This document shows positions 13,031 to 25,375 of a stretch of 64,000 bases of DNA, in pieces; the first letter of the stretch is position 1, and every line of letters starts with the position of its first letter. The stretch lies in assembly GCA_026023565.1 (NCBI GenBank), contig JAPETS010000051.1, positions 62,001 through 126,000 on the forward strand, in the 5' to 3' direction. The position numbers were made by a program, and so were the translations under genes. The stretch is from Cirrosporium novae-zelandiae. Taxonomy: Eukaryota. Under the pieces are notes generated by a model. That model was not told where the DNA came from and ran no database searches. It worked only from the letters and a program-made list of their open reading frames with translations.

Positions 13031-13733
13031 TGCCTCTCTTTATCAACTTTTTCCAAGGACCGAAAATCGGTGAGAATCATGATGAAATTAATAACCAGAG
13101 AAACCTGATAGCGGACAAGCTCCTTTGATGGTGAACTACTTCCTAACTACACGTAAGTAGCATGGAAAAGCAGAAGGGAGATTGATGAACGTGATGGCAA
13201 GATGCATCTTGAGTGGTTGCGATCTTCAGGCACAACAAGTCCTCGGCACCCGGCAAAATCAGTGCCGGCACAACATCAGAAATTAGCCTGACCTGTACGC
13301 TCACAAAATCACCTTGCTCGAGACCATGAATCATCACTTCAAACTAGGAAAACTGGATAAAACACGAAATTCCATATCCAGTTCAACTGTAAATACATGG
13401 GAACAAAGATGCTGGTCTTGCTAGGAAGTTACTGAATATGCTGTATGGTCATAATTCTATCCAGTTTCACTTTTATACGGACCACCAACCCGAATTCTAA
13501 CGTCGTGGAACCTCAAGCCTTTGCCTCAGATCTTAGCTCGCGAAAACCAGCTTTTCCAGAGCGATAGTACCATCACGATTTCCAAGCTTAAGATGCCAGT
13601 GCCGTTTGTTTTGAGATATACCTCAAAGCCATGTTGTGGGTGTGGAGCTAACAGTGCCGGGGAAGGATGAACAGAAGGAGACGCCTAATATAAATTTACC
13701 CTTGGTGTGCTGGAGGCCGTTGGATGTTGATGC

Positions 13734-15000
13734 TCATATGGTGCGCGATGTTGTCGTGCTTGTCCTTAACTTTCTAGCAAGAGAAGGTGGTAGAAAGTGA
13801 GGAATCTGTGGATGTGCTCTCAGAATTCCATTGCTTTCCTGATATTGCCCCACGGCGCGAATTGTAGCATTTCCTTCTCTAGCTAAGCTTATTGCTGCTT
13901 GTGCCACCCTTCTCAATGCTAGAATATCCCTTTGCTCTAAAATTTCTGAGGGCAATATACTAGGTGGTGGTGACTGTCGGCTATCTTGAGCTGCAGTGGT
14001 GGTTAATTGCCGTGCTGCTAGTGACTCACTTGGTGACTGCCAGTGGTAGAGAGCTTGGTCTAATTGTTGCTTTGTATCCCTATGAGTTTGTTGATTTAGG
14101 TTCTGCTGAGGCTGGTTATAACGGTGATGTTGTGATTTCAGGTTCTGCTGAGGTCGGCTATAACAGTTCTGTTGTGATTCCGGGTTCTCAAAGTCTTCAG
14201 CAGAAATATTCACGAATTGTAGTGAATGCTTTTGTTGGTTTTGTGCTGACATTGTAGCTTTTATCAAGGGATTTCGAGGTTTGGTTTTTGAGATAACACT
14301 TACCAATCCCGTTGATCTTAATATCAATCTCTAGGGATGGCTTCAGAATCATTCGCAAAATTGAGGCATGACTTATTTCGCCGCGACTGAGAGCTGCGGA
14401 AGCTAGAAAGTCGAGATGTGATAGCAAAGACTTAACGATGTTGTTGATGGATGGATCTTCAGAGCTGCCTCCCATTCCCTACCTTGAGCTCTCAATCTCA
14501 AGTGATCTCAACGTGTTACGCTAGTTCTATAAAAATGGATCTCGCCCGAGCAAAGAAGATCTATATTGAAACTAAAGCACCAAATCATCTAGATTTAATT
14601 TTGGGCTCATGTAGCGCTGATACTAGGAGATATCCTGCCTTGCTCTCCGCTGAACTTGGACTGGATACTCTACCATTAATAGCAGAGAAGAAGTTTTAAT
14701 TAGAAAGTATTGAAGATTGCACCTTCTAAGTGCGGACGTGTTTACTGTTCTCTTTTCCGTTATCCTTCTCTCATTCTGGCCCATTTCCTAATAATCGCCC
14801 CGAACTTCGAGGAACCTGCTTTCCAAATAATCTTTATCCATTTTCTTCTCTTGATGTCATGGGACGAATGATCCCGTCATACTGAATATGGGGAGCTTCG
14901 CCAACTCGCAGTGGCTCTTCACCAGCATCCCAATCTAACTTCTTTCCTTGCTGATTGCAGACAGATTGAATAACAAGCAGCAGTTTTTTGTTATCAGCGT
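13734..15000 (-). pseudogene. Degenerate hypothetical gene with a possible Myb-like N-terminal segment and a Q-rich C-terminus
   Basis: Segment DADNKKLLLVIQSVCNQQGKKLDWDA near 14930-15000 resembles fungal Myb-like domains. ORF pieces 14197-14475 and 13734-14327 follow, and the sequence between carries several in-frame TAG stops. Confidence 0.35.
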
Positions 15001-15271
15001 CTGTGATACAATTCAGTGAAGTCAGCCTATTTCAGCAAACCCTTCCCAGAATCCATTCAAGCCTTGAGTCTATGCACTTTAGGAAAGGGACTTGGATGTG
15101 GTATCAACCTACTTTCCCAACACATGAGGTAGCAGCCTGCTTAGCCCACCAAACCATTCCCTTTCAGTTTTCAACTTACTTGGAACACAAATTAGTATAC
15201 CATGGAAACTAAATCCTTTACAAGGCTTGAAACCTTTCTTGTCGAAGCCTATGGAATCATCCAACATGAAT

Positions 15272-15508
15272 AGGGCCAACAAGTATTTTTCCTTAGCCGG
15301 AAAGTCTAAGTAATCTTGTTAAACCCTATCGTGCTGGAGATAGAGTATTGCAATTATTGCTCTTTAACGAGGAATGCCCAGTAAGCGCAAGTCATCAGCT
15401 TGCGTTGAATACGTCCCTGCCCTTTGTACACATCGCCCGTCGTTACTACCGGTTGAATAGCTCGGTGAGGCCTTCAGACTGGCTCAGGGAGGTCGGAGGC
15501 CATCCACC
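15272..15508 (+). rRNA. Isolated, mutated 18S (SSU) rDNA fragment from the 3' region (pseudogene)
   Basis: GTAATCTTGTTAAACCC..TTGCAATTATTGCTCTT.AACGAGGAAT..AGTCATCAGCTTGCGTTGA.TACGTCCCTGCCCTTTGTACACA(T)CGCCCGTCG matches universally conserved SSU sequence. Neither flank is rDNA. Confidence 0.93.
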
Positions 15509-15911
15509 GTGTAATTCTTTAAGCCCCCGTATGATATTGAAAGGTGAATTCTAGCTCCTCTACCAAGAAGTTTGCCCATTCTCCAATGAGAACAGTGTCC
15601 ATAACCAAATGGTTGAGAGAAAATACCGTGCTGGGGTGGTCAAAATAACCTCATAATAGAATAGTAGAAATCAACAATAAATGCACCCACGACAGGCCGG
15701 TGCAGTAATAGTCGCCTTCAGACTGGTCTGGTGTCAAAATGGAGAGGGATATATATCCCGAGTATGTTATTGATTTTTGAAGAAGCAAGGCTCACTACCA
15801 GATAATCTTGAAGGGGGATTAGTTCCGATACAAGTATTAATTCTTATGAAGTACCCACCTAGCACCCTAAGCACGATTATATTGAAGTCTGTCCGTAAGC
15901 CCCCCAAACAT

Positions 15912-16400
15912 TTAGAAGGTCAAGAAAATGGCCTGCGACGTAATAAAGCTATCAAAAGTAGGTCGCCTTTTTAAGTTGTTTCCTAAAAGGGACATCTCTT
16001 CTTGGAATACCCGTCTCGCGATAGGAGGCGTATTGCTAAAGAACTGATTGTGGATTTGACCCATGCGGTTATCTGTTGACACCGCATGGTCTTTGAAGGC
16101 CGAAGTTCCCACAGCAAGAAAGGCTGGTGTTGAATTCCGAAAGGCTCCCGCGAGCAACGGACAGTAGTAGCCATTGTTAAGTAGGCATGGGATGGTCTTC
16201 ACGTTCGATACCTTTACGAGACTCACAAATGTCGACAATTTGGCAAATATTTGTGATATTTCTTGACAATAGGTTCCTCTGACAATCTTTGAAAGCTGAA
16301 GCTCCCGTAACAGAGAAACCATTCTTTGAAGGCCGAAGGTTCCACGATATGAGGAATTATTATCATGTTGAGATAATGCGGCAGTAGGCAAAGGAACACA
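15912..16400 (-). pseudogene. Degenerate ORF with internal SAFK-type repeats
   Basis: Three copies of TCTTTGAA(G/A)GC(C/T)GAAG on the + strand, translating on the - strand as EPSAFKE, GASAFKDC and GTSAFKDH in different frames. Confidence 0.3.
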
Positions 16401-17065
16401 CAGCTGGTCGGGACTCCAGGTTTCTATGGGAAATTTCTCTAATTATTTTGTTAGCCTAAAGAATCCAGACATGGAAGCAAATGAGGAGGATCCAAGAGGG
16501 TAAGGTAAGTCCGCTACACAAAGCCTCCTTTGAGAGGGTATATGCATTGCATGAGGTGTCTATATAAATGAAAGAAAATATGGTAAAGCTACTGACCTTG
16601 GTAAGAAATTCTTAGCTTTAATAGTGTTCGAAATGCTATATTATTCCGTTTAAATGAAGTGTTTTTAGTGTAGTCTGTCATGCGCACCGACCACCTAATA
16701 TCGATCGCCTTGCAGGAACAATCTAGCAGTATGCTGCCCCATGAGCTCCACTTTGTTCCTAGTGGTACCACTCAGATCAAAAACGGAGCCCAAAGGGCAG
16801 CTGCAGATGCAGAGACCGAGTCTCAGGCAACCGGGAAAAGGTTAATCTGTCCAATCGTTAGTCATTTGTCACTGCTAATGGTGAAGGGGGGAAGTAGCAT
16901 GTCGCTGTGCTTAGGTATGTTGTACAAAAGATGCGATAGATTTACTTACCTTTTCAACAAAACTAAATTCCTGCTCTATGGCGACCGAGAGATAGCATTC
17001 TAAGTAGTGATGTAAGAAGAGTCGCCGAAAATCTGGTATCATATCTAAAAGGAAGAGATGTCAGT

Positions 17066-17190
17066 TCTTGTGGTCGCTGTTTCACGCGTGCTCTCACATG
17101 CGACCAGGATACATGACCAATTATATTAGCTCTAGAAGCCTCTAGCTTATCATGAAATGGATGAATAGCACTGTTAGGCTTTCTAAAGGA
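17066..17190 (-). ncRNA. Candidate intron-encoded box H/ACA snoRNA
   Basis: Lies inside a GTAAG...CTGAC...TAG intron (17225-17045). Hairpin 1 (TAGAAAGCCT/AGGCTTCTA), ANANNA box ATATAA at 17126-17121, hairpin 2 closing in GGTC/GACC, then ACA at 17071-17069. Confidence 0.45.
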
Positions 17191-18315
17191 AAGGAATGAT
17201 GATAAATGAGAAGCAAGCAGCTTACCTGAAGTTTAATACTGACTTGTTGATGTGGTGTCTGAGGCGTAGAAGCATGTAGTCCTTTAGAACGATATCTCAC
17301 GCTAGAGGCAAATGAGAGATCTAGTGAGTAGAGATAAAGAGATGGTACAGGAGGATGAGCTGAGAAATATAGAGGATGGAGAGAGTGGCTGAAGCTGCTG
17401 AGGCAGGATCATATAGTGAAGGATACGAGCCGACTTCAAGGACATGTTAAAGAAGAATGAATGCACTGATAGAGTCCAGAGTGCACGTCCAAGTCAGCTA
17501 ACAAAACCTCTTTGGATGAAGTGAGATGAGACAAGAGTGGAGGATAAGTAGAAAGAAGTTGGATGGGGATATCAAAGTAAAGAAAGAGAAGGTGGGTTGT
17601 GGCAGGGAGATTTAAATAGTACGTGGGGGGGGAAACTTCTCCGGCGATAGCGGACGGGAACAAGGACGTGAGGGGAAGTAGGGTTCTCTTAGCTCAGTAG
17701 TAGCACGTGCACGAAGAAACGACACCACTATCTAGTCAACAAGTCAGCTTACACGGTTAATAAGACCTATTAGGGGTTAGATAGATATCTAGAATGATAC
17801 CAAAAGTGAAGAGGGGGGAGAGATCTGGGGCCCTTGAGAAAAGATAAGTAGCATGGTAAATTGGACAGTTGAAATATAAAAAACCATTTCATTCCTGTGT
17901 ATCTATTATTCCAATGGGTATCAAAACTGTCATCATCAAACCGTATTTTCCAAAGAGTTCCGTTTATCAATCTTAGCATATCCGCCGGTCCCCCAACAAG
18001 TGGCCATGAATTCAAAGTTGCACTATCCTAGCATTCTTTGAGCTAGCATAACCATCACTCAGAGGAATAAGTATATGCATGCTTTTAAGAAGTAGTTCAC
18101 AGAAGCCTTTGCTTTTCATATACTCAGTTCAGTTTGCTATCACTATTCGTGTAGCGGAACTGTATACGTTTTCATGTTTTTCATCAACAATCGCAGAGGG
18201 AATACAATGCCTCTTTTTAAGAAAAGTGTGGTTCAGTTGCTAAAAAATACATTCATGACCCTTGCATACCACAGCAGAACACACTCGGTATGCAGTTTAC
18301 CAAGTACGTGTATTG

Positions 18316-21300
18316 TTAACAATCCTTTAAGCTCTCTGCTAATGCACGTTTCAGGTCCTCATCTTCCGGATCATCTGATTCATAAGCAGGAGGATTTGGG
18401 GTTCTAGAGCGTCTAGGACTTCTAGGAGGAATTGGTGGTGGTGAGTTTCCTCGATGGATACTAGGTGAGAGAGGCGCTTTCAAACCACCAGCATGTTCGT
18501 AAATACCTGTGTCTGTATTATCTGCAGTCTTGAGATCTCGCTGACTCGAACCTCTCTGTTGCAGGCGTCTATAGCTTTCCTCGGCCAGGCTCTGTTTCCG
18601 AACGTACTCCAGTACAATATCCTCTTCCGTCTTCGCCCGGGATTTCTCCTTCTCATGTTCGAGCTTCGAAGCTTCAATAGCGCGCTGCAATTCAGCATCG
18701 TCGTCGTCATCGATATTAGGCTCGATATCTTCAACAGCACTACTAAAATCTTGCTGAAGACGACTTCCTTCGAAGTGAAAGTCCGATAGGCTTCGTTTGA
18801 TGGCAGCGAGCAACTCTTGATCTTGATCGGGAGCGTCATCGTGTTTCTCGGGGTTGGCCCGACGGGTTTCATTGATACTAGCTTGGATTGCCTTTTCAAG
18901 AACAGCAGAGTCATCCTCGTCGGTCTCGGCTTGGAGATGAGCTACACTAGCCCTCAGAGCTCTCTCGATCATTTGGTCTTGCTCTTCGTTTCCCCTTGAA
19001 GTGGCTGCAACAGACTTTACGATGGCTTCTTCAAACGCCTGGTCATCCGGTTCTGGCTGTCTCCTGCCAAACGACCAGGAGCGAGGGCGGCTTAAAGATT
19101 TCGTATGCATACTTTCTCGTCTCTCTCTCCTTTCTTCCTCTTTTCGCTGCTTCTTCTCTGCCTTTTCCTGTTTCTTTTTTCTATCTCGCTCCTTCCACAG
19201 TTCCTTGCGTTCATCAAACGGCATACGCAAAGTTTCTATGTGCCGCGAATGGTGCTCAGCGATGATTTCGTCCAAGTTCTTCTTCTTGGGATTATCTTGT
19301 CGCACTCGCTCCCAGTTTCTAATTACATCCAATCGCTCAACTTCCGTGGATACATCCCGTGCATTATACCCTTCAGCAATTCGGGCAGCGACGATATAGC
19401 TTTGGGTTGCCTGAGTATTTGGACCGATGAACTTATTCAGTTCTTGATATATGCCTTTGAAGGTATAACCAGGAAGAGCCCAGATAGCTGAGAATATTAG
19501 TTTCCTAGTGCGGGCTTAGGGCAGGAAAGATTATTCAAAGTACCTGCACCTGGTTTGAATACTACTCCTCCCATTCCCTTTCCAAATCCTTTGATCAACC
19601 CAGCAACTCCTTCTTTCTTAGCTCCTTCCATGGGTTGGGTTACCAGGCCGGTTATGCCGTCATAAAAGCCGAAGCCAAATTCCTAGATAGTTAGCAAGGA
19701 TTAAATGTACAGGTGGGTAAGTGCGTACCTTTCCAGCCGCTTTTAATCCACTTTGAAAGCCACTAATCTTTTCAGTAGGGCGCACGCTGGTATCGCCGTA
19801 GAGTTTCGGGGCATTATGAAATCCTCTCGCAATCGCAAACATAAAGTCCATTGGAGACTTCATTCCAGTACCGACAATTCTCGACACTCCTTTGCTAGCA
19901 CTCAAAGCAGCCTCGAGTGACATCTTCTCGGCGCCGGCAACACGTTCACGGGATAGTGCTCTTCGGTGTGGTGAGCGAGAGCTGGTTCTTGAACCTGCTG
20001 TCGGCGAAGAAAGCTCTCCCCTTAAAGCTTGACGCATGGAGTTACCAGAGGGACTGCTGAATCCAGATTTTGGGTCGCCTGAAGAAGACTCGTGAAATCT
20101 CTGGGTAGACACATCAGAACTAGTGCTAGCAGAAGATTCCGGCCTTGGCTTTTGAATTTTTTCTATATCATCAGAATTTGTTAAACATTTGGGCCCTGAG
20201 CGTTGTATAGTTTCACTTGCGCGCTCAGATTCGCTACCAGAAATACGACTCCCGATATCAATTCCGCTATCATTTTTAGAAAGGAGACTGGAATCCCGTT
20301 CAGAGCCGCCCTCACTTGCTTGTGGCTTCTTTCCTTCTATAGAGTCCTCTTTTGACGCTGTTTTCATTGCTTTAAAAATGTCTTTTGGAAAATCTGCTAC
20401 ACTCATAGCGAGACTGGTTAACGTTCCGACAAGTGCAGAAGCTCCGCCTGTTATAGGATCCCAGGGCCCATCCTCGGTTTCATATTCATGAGATCGATAC
20501 CTGCATATTATTAGCATGATGACATGGCTGGAAATGGTACAACTTACAATTTAAGGTCATCAATACTTAGTAGTCCTTCCAAACCCAGCACGGCAGCAGC
20601 GAAAGCACTCAACCTAATTTGTGTCCGTTTGACTCGCCAGACAGCAAGGTGGGATGGTGCTAGCATACATCTCATAGAATCCACCTCCAAGTGATTGTTA
20701 AAGCATTGAGCTCCGACTTCGATTCCCTTTTCTTCAGATATTTTTGTCGCCAGTTCACCTGCTTTTTCGAGCGATGATGGTTTCAGCGCCTCAAGAATTG
20801 CACTAGCCAGGTTTTCTGCTGTTAGGGTTTTGAACGGGATCGGTGACGGTCCAGCTCCAGCGCGCGCAACCATGGAACCCCAAAATGGTTGGTCACCAAA
20901 AAAAGGAACAATAACGGTTGGACGCCCACAAGCAATACCAGCGGCCGTGGTACCAGCACCTCCATGGTGTACAACGCAGGATACATGTTTAAACAACCAG
21001 TCATGTGGCACATTTCCAAGCATGAACACACCATCCGGAATACCAAGTTCGTCGGCTCCAATACCTCCCCAGCCTTTGGAAACCAATGCACGTTGGCCTG
21101 TTTTCTTAACGGCCTCGAATATCAACTTCGTCATGCCATTTGGATCGTCCACCACAATGGAGCCAAACCCAATATAGACAGGTGGCGGACCAGCATCCAA
21201 GAATTGTTGAAGATCAGGTGCGGGTGTGTAATTCGATGCCAATGGCAAGAAGAAAAACCCAGAAATATCAATATGGGAGCCCCAGTCACCAGGTTTTGGT

Positions 21301-22557
21301 ATCAAGGCTGGTGACCAGCAGTATGTATATGGAATCTTCAGACGAGCCACCATTCCAGGTGCCCACATTAAGCTTACCGGTTCTAATCCAAGAGTCTTCT
21401 GTCTGAATCTGTTAATCACATCTCCAAGGCCATTCCACGTTAATAGCTCAACCAGTGCGTAGGACATGAAGTTTGTTAACCCAGCATCAGCATTAGAAGA
21501 CACAACATTAGTAAGGGGGTGCGGAAAAGCTTCTGTTGGGGACCATGGCATACTTTAGGGAACTCAAGTCAGCTTAGGCTAATAATTAGCAAGGGTCAGA
21601 CACTTACGTGAACATCATATGAAGCGGAATCCCCATCTTCTCCGCTATATGGATATGTGCAAAGCTCGGGGGATTTGCGATGATGACATCGGCAATGAAT
21701 GGCTTTGTGTGAGGATCGGAGCTGACAGATATTCCACTGTCAGAAGTGAGACGGCTGCCCAGTATATCTGAGCCCACCACCCCCATGCCATCTCCTGGCT
21801 CAATAGCAGATCTCCAACACCCATTCACAATCTCCTCCATACTCTTACGACGTTTACTCACATCTCCATTTTTGAGTGCATCAAAACCTGGCATCAATGC
21901 GGGGTTCTTGACCATGAATGCCATCAATTCCGCCGGATCACCACCAATATTGAAGAACTCTAACCCGTTTTCTTCCACAAATTGCTTGAATGTTGCATGC
22001 GTAGCCAATCTTACTCGATGACCATATTTTCTCTTCAAAACTTGTCCTAATGCGACAAAAGGTTGTACGTCTCCTCTTGATCCAACAATTTGAATGACTA
22101 CACTCATGGGAGGTGGAGGAACTTCCCCCGGTACACCCGTAAGAGAGGGGGGAACATATTCGGGCTGCTGCAAATCAAGTTGACTTCTGAGTGCGGGTAC
22201 AAGGAGGTTCGACAGTTTTCTTGACTTCTGGTTGATTTTAATATTGACACGGCCATCCTCTAGAGCCTCGAATTAGCATGAATTTCCCAGAAACATGTTT
22301 GGGGACTGACTGGTAGGCCTTGCAACGGTATCGAAGCCCGCTTGACTGAAATCAACCTCCTCGTATATATCGCTGTACTCTGGAGGAGGCACGTCTAATA
22401 GAGGCGTTTCCTGGATGTACCCATCCTCCCTATGACGTGTGTCGTTAGACGCCATTGTATGCGAGCTCGACTCTGGTTGTGTTTGTCCGGTCGTAGTATC
22501 TGGCAAAGGTATCTTATCGGTCCCGCCATCTTGGTGATGACTTGTTTCGGCAGTCAT
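18316..22557 (-). CDS. GT1 sterol 3-beta-glucosyltransferase-like protein (Glyco_transf_28 N-terminus, UDPGT domain, C-terminal UIM-like repeats)
   Basis: Motifs IVGSRGDVQPF, HRVRLATH, IIANPPSFAHIH, VYIGFGSIV, VVHHGGAGTTAAG and PFFGDQPFWG. Multi-exon. No PH/GRAM domain seen, so not called ATG26. Confidence 0.92.
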
Positions 22558-24058
22558 GTTGTGATGCCTGTGGTACCAGATCTCGGTGTTGAGAAAGGTT
22601 GTGGCGATTGGGAAGGGCTAGACATAGAGTAGCTGGGGAAATGCTTTACTTTTTTTACTTTCCAGCTGTGAATTATTTTTGTTCCTAGGATGATTCATGA
22701 ATTGAAAATTGTTAGAACGTGCTAGATATATATTAGCAGAAGATGGTTAAGGATGTCAAACAGCTGCCACTGGCACTGCCAGTGCAACGCCTCAAAAAAC
22801 CAGTTGGATTCCATTTTGAGTGTTGCTTGAGATAGGACAGCTGGTTGGCTACAAAGGTCTCTGATACTTTCCGGGTGGTGACGATGAGCTGCATGATAAG
22901 CATGACCCATCACGACCCTGATAACTAATACCTCTCGATTACTACAAGCTCGGGCCAAATCTACCGTCAAGGGCGCTAAACCCACACATCTCTTAAATAT
23001 TTCCTGATTGATTTTGTAAATATCTCGATGTCTACTTTGGAATATAAAGTACAATTCCCTTGTGATGGTTAACGTTAAAATCTCTCCTTTTATTTCTTAT
23101 TGCCTACACGGCCAATGGACTGATTATTACTTTTTCATATACTATGGTGACATAATGTCTATGTCATCTCGATAAGATCTCCAATCAACATCTCTCATCA
23201 GTCAAGGACAAAAGTACCCAGTAAACCTAGCCATTGTTGCTGCCTGTCGCCAGCCAGCCAAACACCGGTCTTTAGGCCCAAGCCTCCTTCTAACTGAAAT
23301 TTCCAGTTGAATGCGCATCTCATATTTACTATTTTGTAGCAGAAGAATCCTCATCCTACTTTCGCCCCACTTTCTGTACCTGTCCCTGTCAACCATGCTT
23401 CAAACAAGGGATAACGGTAGTTAGTGCTGTTATCAGTTACTAGCTTATATCTCGGAGTCGGGATTCGGCGATTTATGATTCCGTAAATTTTATGATGACA
23501 GGAATTTTAGTTGGTCTAGTACAGGATGGGAAAATTTAAGACGTCGTGGACGGTTAGGTACCCTTAATCGTAGTAATTACCCAAAGGGGAATTATATATA
23601 AGGGCCAGTTTGTGCATACTAGCTCTGGAATTCGGCCATTTAACTCGCGTGGAATTTTTCGAATAAGGAAGCTACGAATTTAATGCCGATGAATTGTGGA
23701 ACCGTTGCAGAACATATTTACATATAACAGCCGCTACCTAACTGGAAAAGGTCACTGCGAAACACCTCTCGCTTCATCAGCATATCAACTCTACATAAGG
23801 TACCATGGCTTGAATCCAATGACCGAGTGCATTATGAGGTGTTGCAAGATTAACATCCTTGGATATCAAGTCCTCGGAAGCCTTGGCATAGAATACTACA
23901 TAGACGTGGACGTGGATGTGAAAGAGGATATAGGAATGGAACGTCTCCGCTTTTTTGCTCAAATATATATTCTCGTTTCCTTGGCTCTATTACGGCTCAC
24001 ATTCTCTAAAATTCAAATCGATTGTTAGGAAATAAAATATTGAAACTATATATTCACC

Positions 24059-25375
24059 ATGGCATATCCGACACCAGGAGATCCAGCACACTCGAAGCTA
24101 GATCCAGACTTTGCTGAGGTTCTCTAATCGACAATCTTCTTTCCCTGGCCCTCCATGTTAATAGCCATATAGTTATGGACCCCTCTCCTTGGGGCCTCTT
24201 CCCTCTCAACATATACAAACATGTCCGCATTTAGAACCACAACCTCCGAAGCAAAAGTACAAGCAGTTGCAGAAAACCCTGAATTCCATGCCTGGATCAA
24301 CCTAGTCAAAAATGTCTCTATATTGGATCACAAAGTATCCATGCGTGATGGCCATGAAATTACTGTTCGCTCCTATACTCCAGGGAGGCCAGCCGCGGAC
24401 GGTTCCCCATTGATTGTGAATTACCATGGTGGAGGATTTTGCGTTGGGGATCTTGATACCGATGACCTTATGTGCAAAAGATTCAGCCATAGGCTCAGGG
24501 CTGTAGTTCTCAATGTTGATTACAGACTTGCTCCCGAGTATCCTTTCCCGGCTGGCATTCACGATGCATGGGACTCTTTGAAATGGGTTAGACAGCGCCC
24601 CCAGGACTCCCATTCGAACTAAAAAAACTTGCTAACATCAGAAGGCTGCGGTGAATGCTACCACCCTCCTCAAAGCCAATCCTTCGAAAGGGTTTGTCGT
24701 GAAGGGTACCTCTGCCGGTGCAAACTTCAGCGCCGTGCTAGCCCATCTTGCTAGGGACGAGGAGCTTTCTCCACCGTTGACTGGGGGGTTTCTTAGCATC
24801 CCAGCTACGGTTCATCATGCAGCCGTCCCTGAGATATATAAAGCTGATTACCAGAGTTATGATCAAAACAAGAACGTACCATTTCTTAATCGTGAATTGA
24901 TGGATGTTTTTATGTGTAAGCACCTCCTTTATCATCTATACGCCAAAAATCATGGAAGAGAGCAGGGTGTTCGAAGCAAGAAGGAACTACGTTCTCGGAA
25001 GTCTTGACTTCGATGCTCTAATTGCCCACGACTTCATATTCCAACAAATTCTCATCTATTCAACTCTACTAACTGTCGCGCCCGCTAGCCTGTTATAAAC
25101 CCATTCCAACCGACCCCCTCTACTCTGCCCTCCTCTGGACCAACGGCCATGCCAACCTTGTCCCCCAAGTATTTCAAATCTGCGGCGCTGATCCCCTCTG
25201 CGACGAAGGTCTCATCTACGAACGCGAGCTCCGTAAGGCCGGCGTCAAAACAAAGCTATTTTTCTACCCTGGTCTACCGCATGGAGCAATTGATTTCTTT
25301 CCCCAGGTTCCAGCCTGTAGGAAAGGTGATAGGGAAATATTTGAGGGGATGAAGTGGTTGTTGGAACAGGAATAG
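24059..25375 (+). CDS. Alpha/beta hydrolase fold-3 (HSL-type esterase/lipase)
   Basis: Motifs NYHGGGF, VDYRLAPEYPFPAGIHDAWD, nucleophile GTSAG, GADPLCDEG and YPGLPHG. Four exons. Confidence 0.92.

Noticed and set aside
17681..17745. tRNA-like start GGGTTCTCTTAGCTCAGTAGTAGCAC
   Set aside because: The D-stem does not pair, and there is no T-arm (GTTCRA) or acceptor complement downstream.
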